Positions 55,701 to 62,576 of a stretch of DNA of 64,000 bases are shown piece by piece. How positions within the stretch are numbered: the stretch's first letter is position 1; each line of letters opens with the position of its first letter. The stretch comes from Schmidtea polychroa (taxonomy: Eukaryota). Made by a program: the position numbers and the translations under genes. The notes beneath the pieces were generated by a model that was not told the origin of the DNA, did no database searches, and was given only the letters and a program-made list of their open reading frames with translations. The DNA lies in contig CM097885.1 in the NCBI GenBank assembly GCA_044892525.1, forward strand, positions 114,886,001 to 114,950,000. The letters run 5' to 3'.

Positions 55701-58057
55701 GCAAATCTTCGGTATACAGGCATCTCCAACAATGTCAACCAAGGAAGGAAATAAAACATATTTCAATCAAAATCTTAGCCAATGGAAACATGCAAAAGAA
55801 AAATGTCAGATTTAAAGAGGCAATTCTCATCATAGACAATAACAATAACACTAAAGAAGAGATCAATGAAATCATAAGTTTGATTTGTTGTTATTGACCT
55901 TGAAAATATCTTTAAAAATATTAAAAAAATAATAATTTAACCATTTAATGAACAATGACGTGTATGCACGTCATGTATACACGCAACTAAAAAAGTGCGT
56001 CCGCGAAAGGGTTAAAAATAATATAAAAAACGAGATCAAATTTTAAGGAAATATACTTTTAGAGATCATCAGGAATACAAATCAAAATATAAATATAAAT
56101 AGTTTTTGGAAACTATATTTTTATAAATATTTTAAGATATTATTTATTGAAAGAGCTAATTATAGAAACTTTAAAAACTTAAAATTTTTTTTTAGTGTTT
56201 TGTTATGAATTTTATAGGATATTTAATTAAATTTAAAATTTTTAAATTATTCAGAAGAAAGCTTATTATTATATTTAACCAATAAGAAGTAAGAAAAAGG
56301 AAATAAAATAGAAGATCAAAAAGTATTTGAAAATAGAAGCAACCAAATTCCAGGAAATTGAAAAGGACTATTTTTCACTTGAAAAAAGGCAGTGCCGAAA
56401 ATTCGTGAATATTCTTTAAGCTTTTTAAAAAATACTATTTTATAGTTGACAATATTTTTCGTTTGTATTAAATATATAATTCGCAGCAAAAGGTTTAAAT
56501 TANNNNNNNNNNNNNNNNNNNNNNNNNNNNNNNNNNNNNNNNNNNNNNNNNNNNNNNNNNNNNNNNNNNNNNNNNNNNNNNNNNNNNNNNNNNNNNNNNN
56601 NNNNNNNNNNNNNNNNNNNNNNNNNNNNNNNNNNNNNNNNNNNNNNNNNNNNNNNNNNNNNNNNNNNNNNNNNACTATTTTAACCTTGTCATAGATTTCT
56701 TTGTATTGCTCACAGCAATAAATACAATTCTGCAATTTTTTCATACTCGAAACAATCTGTCCATCAAATATTTCATCAAGATCTAATGAAAGACAACAGC
56801 GTTTAATAATTTCATTCGACATTTTTCTGAACATTCCTGTCATAGCGTCTCGACTATTATAGTGTTCTGAATTAACCCATATCATTCGTATTCGATTAAT
56901 TAACTTCGACAGCATTGATGGAATGTCTTCTGGTTTTGAATCCGATAAATCATGACACATGTCTTTCAGTGTATTAAGAAATTTTAAATTACTCTGAGCT
57001 TGTTGGGTATTAAATTTTATTTCTGAAGCTAATTTAAGAAATGCTCCAACATATGAAGATTTCGCCGTTTCTAAAATTTTAGTAATATGTTTCACTCCGG
57101 TTTTATCAAGTTGTTTGCTTATTCCAGAAAGATCATCACATCTATTTTTCCAATATTCAATTTCATCTAATGGACCGGAGCTTTCTGTATCTTCAAACGC
57201 ATTTTGTGCACTCAATACTTCTTTAATTTGTCTGGTCCAATGGATCATTATCATTTCCATTCGATTGATGAAATCCTTCTCTTTTGCTCCATTTTCTACT
57301 GAATACAATGCGGCTTCAGCTGGGATATAAAGAACAGTTTTCCCTTCTAATTTCCACCGTGCATCCGTAAGGGCTGACATAAATCGTTGCAACTGTAATG
57401 AAAAATCATTTTTAATACTATCTGGCCACATTGTATTGGCAAAATAAGATGGAGCATATATACCCATCATAATTCGGAGTAAACTGTCGATTCCACGTCC
57501 ACAAACTGTACCGTGCTGAATAAAGTCATGAAAATTACCCGCATTAATAATTTCAAAATCATAACCACGGCGTTTGATAAAATATACTAATTCATTAACT
57601 CGACCTGTAGGAAAAATGGTATCTAACTGTAATCCATTTTTTGAGTGCATATAAGCAACTAATAAATCATTATCAGAAGTTACAAATTCATCCTGGACTT
57701 GTAAAGCATGATCAGTTGTCCATTGTTCAATTTCTACATAACCACTAAGTCGTATTCGTTGACGAATTAAGTCTATCACAGATTTCTCATCATCGGGTGG
57801 AGTGGATTTTGGAATGTCTTCATATGACATGACTAACTCTGCAGTTCCGTCATCTTCATAAAATATTTCATTTTGTTCTTCTTTGTTCGGATTACTTTCT
57901 ACTACTTCATCAGTAACAGTTATATTTAATGATTCGCTTTCTAAATTTGATTTGTTAAAGAAATTTGCATCTAGAAAACAATAATTTTATGTATAATAAA
58001 TATATACATACTTATTTCAGAATTTTCTAAATTTTCTATTTCATTTTTGTTTTCCAT
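431..58057 (-). CDS. DNAH2: Axonemal dynein heavy chain, DNAH2-like (inner arm I1/f beta), 41 exons in window, 3'-partial
   Basis: Spliced exons (transcript order): 58012-58057, 56685-57970, 48027-48134, 47643-47978, 46527-46715, 46348-46482, 45920-46303, 45567-45701, 45116-45517, 42114-42325, 41643-41843, 35228-35456, 34915-35181, 31895-32056, 31727-31849, 31411-31677, 30811-31090, 28901-29118, 24477-24758, 24193-24432, 23814-24142, 23490-23766, 20966-21244, 20557-20893, 20097-20233, 19756-20055, 18338-18582, 18079-18277, 15643-15972, 15410-15598, 13082-13448, 12870-13037, 8680-8897, 8415-8633, 4467-4612, 2947-3041, 2775-2890, 2359-2730, 1498-1716, 1134-1445, 431-1090. Phases are compatible and all introns are GT-AG except one GC-AG. 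P-loops: [32 protein letters not shown]. Dynein heavy chain identity is certain; DNAH2 orthology rests on recalled similarity (e.g. [37 protein letters not shown]). Confidence 0.9.
2359..3041 (-). CDS. DNAH2: Dynein heavy chain exons 36-38 (stalk CC1, microtubule-binding domain)
   Basis: [48 protein letters not shown]. Confidence 0.93.
4467..4612 (-). CDS. DNAH2: Dynein heavy chain exon 35
   Basis: [19 protein letters not shown]; CAG acceptor at 4613-4615, GT donor at 4466. Confidence 0.92.
5800..5960 (-). mobile_element. Ty3/gypsy reverse transcriptase core fragment
   Basis: Translates as [11 protein letters not shown]...[19 protein letters not shown], a decayed YLDD/KC..F..LGH region; it runs into an N-gap. 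Confidence 0.5.
6336..6590 (+). mobile_element. Ty3/gypsy reverse transcriptase core fragment
   Basis: LDNILIAIP...[30 protein letters not shown]. Confidence 0.6.
6752..8351 (+). mobile_element. hAT DNA transposon, internally deleted (Ac/hobo-like)
   Basis: TIR CAGAGACTGAAACC / GGTTTCAGTCTCTC with a perfect 8-bp TSD GTATCAAT (6744-6751, 8352-8359). Subterminal GAACC repeats. Transposase remnants [13 protein letters not shown] and [12 protein letters not shown]. Confidence 0.9.
8415..8897 (-). CDS. DNAH2: Dynein heavy chain exons 33-34 (AAA4)
   Basis: [50 protein letters not shown]. Confidence 0.95.
9151..9700. repeat. Head-to-tail tandem duplication, 2 x 275 bp
   Basis: 9151-9425 and 9426-9700 appear identical by eye. 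Confidence 0.9.
9769..10348 (+). mobile_element. hAT (Charlie/SPIN-like) 3' remnant
   Basis: Dimerisation-domain remnant (ILEFY...FPRL...CEQFFSLMK...[14 protein letters not shown]); 3' end TTTGAGACCCCTG at 10348. Confidence 0.75.
10350..12350 (-). mobile_element. Ty3/gypsy retrotransposon remnant with 3' LTR
   Basis: RT motifs [12 protein letters not shown] and [10 protein letters not shown] (11368-11706). RNase H end [18 protein letters not shown] is followed closely by RYEGPYK. Purine tract GGGGGAAGTTA precedes a putative 354-bp LTR at 10350-10703 (TGTA...TACA on the minus strand). The left boundary is firm, the right approximate. Confidence 0.72.
12502..12549 (+). pseudogene. Actin gene fragment (16 codons)
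   Basis: [16 protein letters not shown] versus actin [16 protein letters not shown] (14/16); possible EKSY remnant at 12727-12738. Confidence 0.6.
12870..13448 (-). CDS. DNAH2: Dynein heavy chain exons 31-32 (AAA4 start)
   Basis: [27 protein letters not shown] | [33 protein letters not shown]. Exon 32 is absent from the ORF track. Confidence 0.93.
13827..15182 (+). mobile_element. hAT transposon (ZMYM1/DUF4371-type transposase), deletion derivative
   Basis: TIR CAGGCCCGTACCGT / ACGGTACGGGGCTG with a perfect TSD ATGTGAAT. Transposase pieces: [54 protein letters not shown]. Confidence 0.92.
15410..15972 (-). CDS. DNAH2: Dynein heavy chain exons 29-30 (AAA3)
   Basis: [61 protein letters not shown]. 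Confidence 0.95.
16404..16725. repeat. Tandem duplication, 2 x about 161 bp
   Basis: TAAAAATGATTTACTAATAAAAG... starts at 16411 and again at 16572; the copies look identical. Confidence 0.85.
18079..18582 (-). CDS. DNAH2: Dynein heavy chain exons 27-28 (AAA3 P-loop)
   Basis: [11 protein letters not shown]...[11 protein letters not shown]; 60-nt intron. Confidence 0.93.
19756..21244 (-). CDS. DNAH2: Dynein heavy chain exons 23-26 (AAA1 end, AAA2)
   Basis: [72 protein letters not shown]. Confidence 0.95.
21553..22389 (-). mobile_element. Non-autonomous hAT element with dimerisation-domain remnant
   Basis: TIR CAAGGGTGGGCA / TGCCCACCGTTG with a perfect TSD GTATATAG. The minus strand reads [55 protein letters not shown]. 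Confidence 0.87.
22450..22900 (-). mobile_element. Mariner transposase relic
   Basis: Minus strand: N-terminal HTH ([32 protein letters not shown]) and C-terminus ([12 protein letters not shown]). Plus strand: [11 protein letters not shown]. Confidence 0.6.
23490..24758 (-). CDS. DNAH2: Dynein heavy chain exons 19-22 (linker end, AAA1)
   Basis: [66 protein letters not shown]. Confidence 0.95.
25890..26760 (+). mobile_element. Decayed hAT-like transposase fragments
   Basis: [10 protein letters not shown]-like remnant near 26310-26350, and [44 protein letters not shown]. Confidence 0.62.
27230..28450 (+). mobile_element. Decayed ZMYM1/DUF4371-type hAT fragments
   Basis: [10 protein letters not shown]...KGQYFSIILDS...ASHVGQIT-like remnants across frameshifts. 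Confidence 0.5.
28901..29118 (-). CDS. DNAH2: Dynein heavy chain exon 18 (linker)
   Basis: [36 protein letters not shown]...[10 protein letters not shown]. Confidence 0.93.
30811..32056 (-). CDS. DNAH2: Dynein heavy chain exons 14-17 (DHC_N2 linker)
   Basis: [58 protein letters not shown]. Confidence 0.92.
32515..32715. mobile_element. piggyBac-type MITE (201 bp)
   Basis: 11-bp TIR CACTAGATTTA / TAAATCTAGTG, flanked by TTAA on both sides (32511-32514, 32716-32719). Confidence 0.65.
33250..34700 (+). mobile_element. Highly decayed Ty3/gypsy remnant
   Basis: RT-RNase H linker [36 protein letters not shown] and YRKG*NNSNTDA; boundaries approximate. Confidence 0.5.
34915..35456 (-). CDS. DNAH2: Dynein heavy chain exons 12-13
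   Basis: [14 protein letters not shown]...ILDKYEV | [14 protein letters not shown]...[18 protein letters not shown]; 46-nt intron. Confidence 0.9.
35636..36611 (+). mobile_element. hAT (Charlie/GTF2IRD2-like) deletion derivative
   Basis: TSD ATATAAAC (35628-35635, 36612-36619); right TIR TGGGCACCCCTG; BED-finger [27 protein letters not shown]...[10 protein letters not shown]. Confidence 0.85.
36880..39000 (+). mobile_element. Ty3/gypsy retrotransposon, internally deleted (gag, protease, RT start, integrase zinc finger)
   Basis: gag ORF with zinc knuckles ([14 protein letters not shown]), protease [13 protein letters not shown] start [26 protein letters not shown], RNase H end NADVLSR, integrase-type CKECQRRK. 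Confidence 0.85.
39136..40745 (+). mobile_element. Tigger/pogo DNA transposon (DDE_1 transposase, N-terminal HTH missing)
   Basis: TA followed by left end CACTAGAGCCTCGAGTTGCG. 293-aa ORF with [42 protein letters not shown]. Right end not found. Confidence 0.87.
40750..41400 (+). mobile_element. hAT (hobo/Ac-like) transposase fragment
   Basis: BED-finger end [15 protein letters not shown]; catalytic-region [18 protein letters not shown]. Confidence 0.65.
41643..42325 (-). CDS. DNAH2: Dynein heavy chain exons 10-11
   Basis: [16 protein letters not shown]...ADISR | YTEVTNK...HCRDWQQKL; phase-2 intron that contains an N-gap. Confidence 0.85.
42581..44966 (+). mobile_element. hAT Buster/ZBED5-like transposon, near full length, pseudogenised
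   Basis: Perfect 16-bp TIR CAGCGGTTCTTAAACT / AGTTTAAGAACCGCTG. Motifs [57 protein letters not shown], interrupted by stops and frameshifts. No clean TSD. Confidence 0.92.
45116..46715 (-). CDS. DNAH2: Dynein heavy chain exons 5-9 (tail)
   Basis: Five phase-0 exons, e.g. [42 protein letters not shown]; introns 44, 44, 218 and 49 nt. Confidence 0.88.
47643..48134 (-). CDS. DNAH2: Dynein heavy chain exons 3-4 (tail)
   Basis: [36 protein letters not shown] | [11 protein letters not shown]...[18 protein letters not shown]; 48-nt intron. Confidence 0.88.
48577..50084 (+). mobile_element. Mutator/MULE transposon relic
   Basis: Remnants [17 protein letters not shown] and [29 protein letters not shown]. 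Imperfect inverted repeat cores at 48577-48619 and 50044-50084. Confidence 0.68.
50140..50280 (+). mobile_element. pogo/Tigger transposase sliver
   Basis: [16 protein letters not shown]...SKERV. Confidence 0.35.
50640..51240 (+). mobile_element. Mariner transposase relic
   Basis: [20 protein letters not shown], then [30 protein letters not shown], resembling the mariner HTH and WVPHxLT region. Confidence 0.58.
51890..52190 (-). mobile_element. Penelope-like element, GIY-YIG endonuclease start (left part of interrupted copy)
   Basis: [15 protein letters not shown]..., CTMENCL...[16 protein letters not shown], matching the GIY-YIG YIG motif and the preceding Cys-rich linker. Confidence 0.65.
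52195..55304 (+). mobile_element. Ty3/gypsy retrotransposon with about 100-bp LTRs, integrase core deleted
   Basis: LTRs about 52195-52295 and 55201-55304; PBS-like TGGCAACC at 52296; purine tract AAAAGAAGGGGAGAG at 55186-55200. gag ORF 52261-53079, two knuckle remnants near 53190-53300, protease [10 protein letters not shown] motifs [14 protein letters not shown] and YLDD, partial RNase [11 protein letters not shown]. Confidence 0.9.
55307..55575 (-). mobile_element. Penelope-like element, RT C-terminal part (right part of interrupted copy)
   Basis: [19 protein letters not shown]...TYGFYK...IFMHQRS..PSY.., resembling the PLE RT thumb region. Confidence 0.55.
55590..55880 (+). mobile_element. 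Penelope-like element 3' end in inverted orientation
   Basis: Shares CACCGAAGAAAATATACTTTC with the minus-strand copy; [21 protein letters not shown]...IKILA...KEAILI..NTKEE matches the GIY-YIG C-terminus. Confidence 0.62.
55941..56011. mobile_element. Tiny piggyBac-type MITE (71 bp)
   Basis: TTAA|CCATTT...AAAGGG|TTAA; internal hairpin ATGACGTG-TATG-CACGTCAT. Confidence 0.55.
56685..58057 (-). CDS. DNAH2: Dynein heavy chain exons 1-2 (N-terminus, DHC_N1 tail start)
   Basis: ATG at 58057 ([15 protein letters not shown]), GTATGT donor at 58011, 41-nt intron, phase-1 join into a 1286-nt exon containing [14 protein letters not shown] and [16 protein letters not shown]; ends YDK|GT at 56685. Confidence 0.85.
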
Positions 58058-58147
58058 TAAAAATAATTCTAAAATTATAAATAATATTAATAATTAAAAA
58101 ATATAATTATTTGAAATTAAAATAATGATTGCGTTAGAGATTTAACA

Positions 58148-58162
58148 GTAACTATAAGTAAC
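58148..58162. promoter_or_regulatory. Candidate RFX X-box-like site upstream of the dynein ATG
   Basis: GTAACTATAAGTAAC lies about 90 bp upstream of the ATG and resembles GTHNYY-AT-RRNAAC with one extra base. The AT-rich context makes chance matches likely. Confidence 0.25.
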
Positions 58163-58370
58163 ATATTAATATAACAAATTAATAATTTCATTCAAATCGA
58201 TAAATAAATAAATTAACAATTTATAAGACTTTAATAAATAGAGTAGCAAAAATTTGTCCTAAACATGAAAAAAAACTTCAATAGGTAGTCGAAATAGAAA
58301 TCAATGAAATTTTAAAGGAAAAAAACAGGTCAAAAATTAAAAAATAATAATCTAACTATTTGCTTCGGGG

Positions 58371-61300
58371 CAGTGGCGTAGCTATGGCACTTGCTCTGGG
58401 GCGGCATATTCGCGATGAGATCGTCTGTATGGTTCTTAAACCTGAATGCACTAAAATAAATATATACGTGTATATCCACGAATAGCAAGAGCTTAACAAT
58501 AACTTATTTATTATTTTAAGAAATGTTGAATTTAATAAACTTGCCAGTCATAAAAGGCTGCCCCTATAGATACAAATATTTTACCCTATCCGAAAATTTG
58601 GCGATTTTTTAGAATCGGTAAAAGTCGAAATTTCAACAGATGTTTTCCATTATTTGTTCAAGTCGAGTAAGTGCTTTATGGTACCTAATAACAAAGAGAG
58701 TCGGAGACGGATGAAGCGACTTTTTTACTTTTACTACTTTTTACGACGATTATGTTACAGAAAAGCGAGATAAGGTTTGTATAATAGAGTTTTAATTCAA
58801 TTCGGCAAATTGAAACAGCGCAGCAGCTTTCTTCCAGTTTTAAGCATAAACAGATGTGTGAAAATAGTACACTTTAGGATAGAGAAATATTTCATAGTTC
58901 ATTACATTTTTGGACGTGACGGTGACGTGTGCAGCGTAAAATTTGTGTCAGTGATTTCGTGGTCTTCTGAAATTCTATAATTACAACTTTAATACAAGGT
59001 AAGTCAAATAATATTTTTTATTTTGTTTTTATGAAATTCTTGAAGTACGTTTTAATGCATCTTTGTATTTATTTATATACAAACACAATACATGTGTTTT
59101 TTTGGAGGTTTGAAATTACAAATAAATTTTACAATCCAAGGTTGTTAAAATTAGGTTATGAAATTATAAAAAGTTTATTGATTAATGAGAGATACAATAG
59201 GCCTACAGTTTCTTAGAAACATATTGCAAGACGAGTTTACAACAAAGCGAAAGGATTAACGGAACCAGAGAGATTTTCCATAAAATAGGACAATCAAACC
59301 GACTTTGCTTTGCAGAAACTTTCATCGAAATAGGTTAAAAAAGTAAAATTTAATTATTTTATTGTACTTTAGAATCTGTTATTTTATTAGCTCTAGAATC
59401 TAAAGTATCAAACATATTTTAGCAAATAATATTGTAATCAATTAGTGAAAGTAGAATTATATGTTTATGTTGCTAAACAATTATGTTTGTCTTTTAAATT
59501 AATACTATTGACGCCCCTGAAGAAAGTGCAATTTTGCAGTTTGAAAATTTATAATTCTCCATTTCCTACATTACGAAGTGGTAAGTTGATTATGCTGAAG
59601 TATAATAACATTTTTTAGTTTATTATTTAAGTTTTAATGATTTTTTAATCCACCCCAAGATGAAAAGAACGAGAGATTAGAAAAAAGAAAAAGACGAAGG
59701 AAGAAGAAATAGAAAAAAGTAAAGTCAATCGTGAACAAACAAGTAATACTGCACGTGAAGGATCTAATATTGCTGCACCTGAAGTACATCCTGCATCTGA
59801 AGAAATTAATATTACTGTGCCAAGTTCAAGTTCTTCAACTACGAGCGATGAAGTGTCTGCATTTCCGACTGCTAACATTAAAGACGCTGGTCTATGGCCA
59901 AGCAAAATTATAATTCAGATTTCGGTGAAACCATTCGTCAAGGTTTATCAATTAAAGGACGGAACAGAAAACTCACTCGCGATTGGTTTTTCCAAACTTT
60001 GCCAAATGGCGAAAAGATGTTACGGTCTTGGTTAATATATTCGCCTTACAAGAAAGCTCTCTACTGCTTTTGCTGCAGAATATTTACAGATGAAAAAGGT
60101 TCACATTTTAATTCTTTAGATGGATTTTATGCTTGGTGGAAACTTAATCCTAGGCTACTCTAACATGAATCCAGTGTGACCCCCGTTCAAATATTCATGC
60201 AATGAAAGGAGCTGGAAATAAGAATTAGTTGCGGAGCAACCATTGATAAAATAGAGCAGGAAGCTGTTGAAAATGAAGTGAAGAAGTGGAGACAAATCCT
60301 ATCAAGATTGTTAGATATAATTAAATTCTTAGCGAGACAGAATTTAGCTTTACGAGGTCATCGAGAAAAAGATAAATCTGAATCAATATATAATAATAAT
60401 AATAGAGGAAAATTTTTAGAATTAGTAGATTTGTTGGCAAAATATGATCCAATGCTGAGAGAACATATTCTTAGAGTCAAGCTGGGAAATAAATTCGCCT
60501 TATCTTATATGTCACCTACGATTCAAAACGAATTTATAGAAATTTTGGGAAATAAAGTAAGAAGCAAAGTTTTAGAACAAGTTAAACAAGCCAAATACTA
60601 TTCTATAATATTCGACAGCACTCCTGACATTTCTCATATAGATCAGACGAGCCAAGTTTTGCGTTATGTATTGATTGATGGAGATAAAGTAAAGATAATG
60701 GAATCATTTGTTGATTTTATTGAAACGAAAAGTAAAACCGCCGAGAACATTTCGATAATGATTTTGAAGAAATTAGAAAATGACAGACTTGATATTCCAA
60801 ATTGTAGAGGACAAGCTTATGACAATGCTGCTGTGATGGCTGGAAAATGTACTGGTGTTCAAAAACGTATAAAACAAATTAATAGAAAAGCAGAGTTTGT
60901 TACATGTACCAATCATACCCTGAATTTGTCCGGTCTACACGCAGTTTCAGTGGCTATTAATTCGGTAACTTTTTTGGAGTTTTAGATCGCCTTTACGTAT
61001 TTTTTTTCTTTCTCTACTCATCGATGGGACATTCTGACATCGGCGACTTCTCAAAGTCTCAAACGCGTAGTAGAAACTCGATGGAGTGCAAAGGCTAAAT
61101 CTGTGAGTGTCTTAAAAAATAATTTCTCAAAAATTTTAAATTCTTTGGAAGATTTGACTAGCGAAGAAGAAAACACATGCACCAGATCAGAAGCTGGTGT
61201 ACTACTTGGTGCGTTGCAATCATTTATATTTTTGTGTTTCCTAGGTCTATGGGAATCAGTTTTGGTAGAAATTAATGAAACACAGAATTACCTCCAAACT

Positions 61301-61691
61301 AAAGAGATAAATATACAAAATTGTGATATAAAACTTAAGGCTTTAAAGTCATTTTTAATAGATAATAGGAATAAGCTAATGGAAAATTCAATAATATATG
61401 CCAAGGAAATTTGTGCTGATTTAAGAATTATGATGGAGCGTTAGCGTCGGTGCAAAAAGAAAAAAGAATGTTTGATGAAGGATCCAATGATACTGAATTG
61501 CCGTATGAAACTGAATTGCGAAGAGAAATGTATTCTTCTCTAGACAGGGTTATTCAAGAAATAAATACGAGATTTCAACAGATTCATGTTCTTGCAGTCT
61601 GTTTTGGAAAGTTTTTATTTTAAAAAATGTACATGGGTGGCGGCAATTTTAAGGATCACTGTGGGCGGCACATACCCTAGCTACGCCACTG
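58371..61691 (+). mobile_element. hAT transposon (ZMYM1/DUF4371-type, TTF zinc finger), full-length-like, pseudogenised
   Basis: 14-bp perfect TIR CAGTGGCGTAGCTA / TAGCTACGCCACTG; TSD CTTCGGGG / CTTCAGGG (7/8). Transposase about 59659-61600: KALYCFCCRIF, QNLALRGH, DSTPDISHIDQ, YDNAAVMAG, CTNHTLNL, ETRWS, with frameshifts. Confidence 0.93.
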
Positions 61692-61818
61692 CTTCAGGGG
61701 GTCGTGTCCGTTGATTTACTTTCACTTCCATAGTTCCTGGTGAGGAGCTGTTTACTATTTGTTTATGTTTAAATTCAATATCACGAATAATAATTTTATT
61801 TTTGAATAATAACAATTT

Positions 61819-62149
61819 GTCCATGTCAATACCATAAGATGATGCCATCATTGAACAACCTAATGGTCGCATCTCAGTTGATTGGGTAGAAAGCTGCTTA
61901 ATATCCGCAATAGAACGACATATTATGTCGCAAGGCATTTCATATCCATGTTTATATCTAAATCGAGCTGCTTCCATTTGTGCACGACATACTTGAGATC
62001 GATAATCAGGGATCAACACCTCCAGTACTTTCAGTAATATTAAACAATCTTGTAGCTGAACTCTTCTCAATCATTTTATCTGAAACCTTTCTTTGTGTAG
62101 CTACTACATCACAATTATTGCATCGAATACCCACGGAAATCCATCCACC
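61819..62149 (-). pseudogene. PSMA6: Intronless, frameshifted fragment of 20S proteasome subunit alpha type-6
   Basis: GGWISVGIRCNNCDVVATQRKVSDKMIEKSSATRLFNITESTG, then a frameshift, then DYRSQVCRAQMEAARFRYKHGYEMPCDIICRSIADIKQLSTQSTEMRPLGCSM. PSMA6 as recalled: GGLTSVAVRG...TQKKVPDKL...[52 protein letters not shown]. Confidence 0.82.
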
Positions 62150-62428
62150 AAATAAATTTAATATTAGTTGGCCAAAAACACCATTAAAGTTATCAGGATC
62201 TCTTGGGATCATAAAAAAGGAACCATCAGTTTCGTTGGTAGTATTTCCAATTTCCACTGAGTTATCAGATTCATAAATTTCTTCATTAAAAGCAGCCATC
62301 ATTAACAACTCTTTCCTTAAATCGAAACATAACTCATCCAATACAATCGATCGATAAAAATCTAAATCTAAAAAAATTAGAACAACTTACAACCAAACTA
62401 ATTAATAAATATTGCCATACTTCTTGCT

Positions 62429-62576
62429 CGCGTCTGTGTGCGCACACAGCCAAAAACAAAGAAAAGAAAAGCGCACACAGACGCGACACACCAACAACCC
62501 AACCCAAAAAATGACATTGCTCGCGTCTGTGTGCGCACACAAACCCATCACACCATACAACGCGCACACAGACGCG
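62429..62576. repeat. Twin GC-rich hairpin (two units, 93-bp period, identical 15-bp stems)
   Basis: CGCGTCTGTGTGCGC at 62429-62443 and 62522-62536; its reverse complement GCGCACACAGACGCG at 62471-62485 and 62562-62576. Confidence 0.92.

Noticed and set aside
56316-56684. C-terminal part of the 504-aa ORF in the track
   Set aside because: It reads past the exon 2 donor at 56684 and through an N-gap (56503-56673); the true frame continues at exon 3 (48134).
62429-62576. CRISPR-like repeat-spacer interpretation of the twin hairpin
   Set aside because: Only two units, arms alternate in orientation, eukaryotic context and no cas genes.
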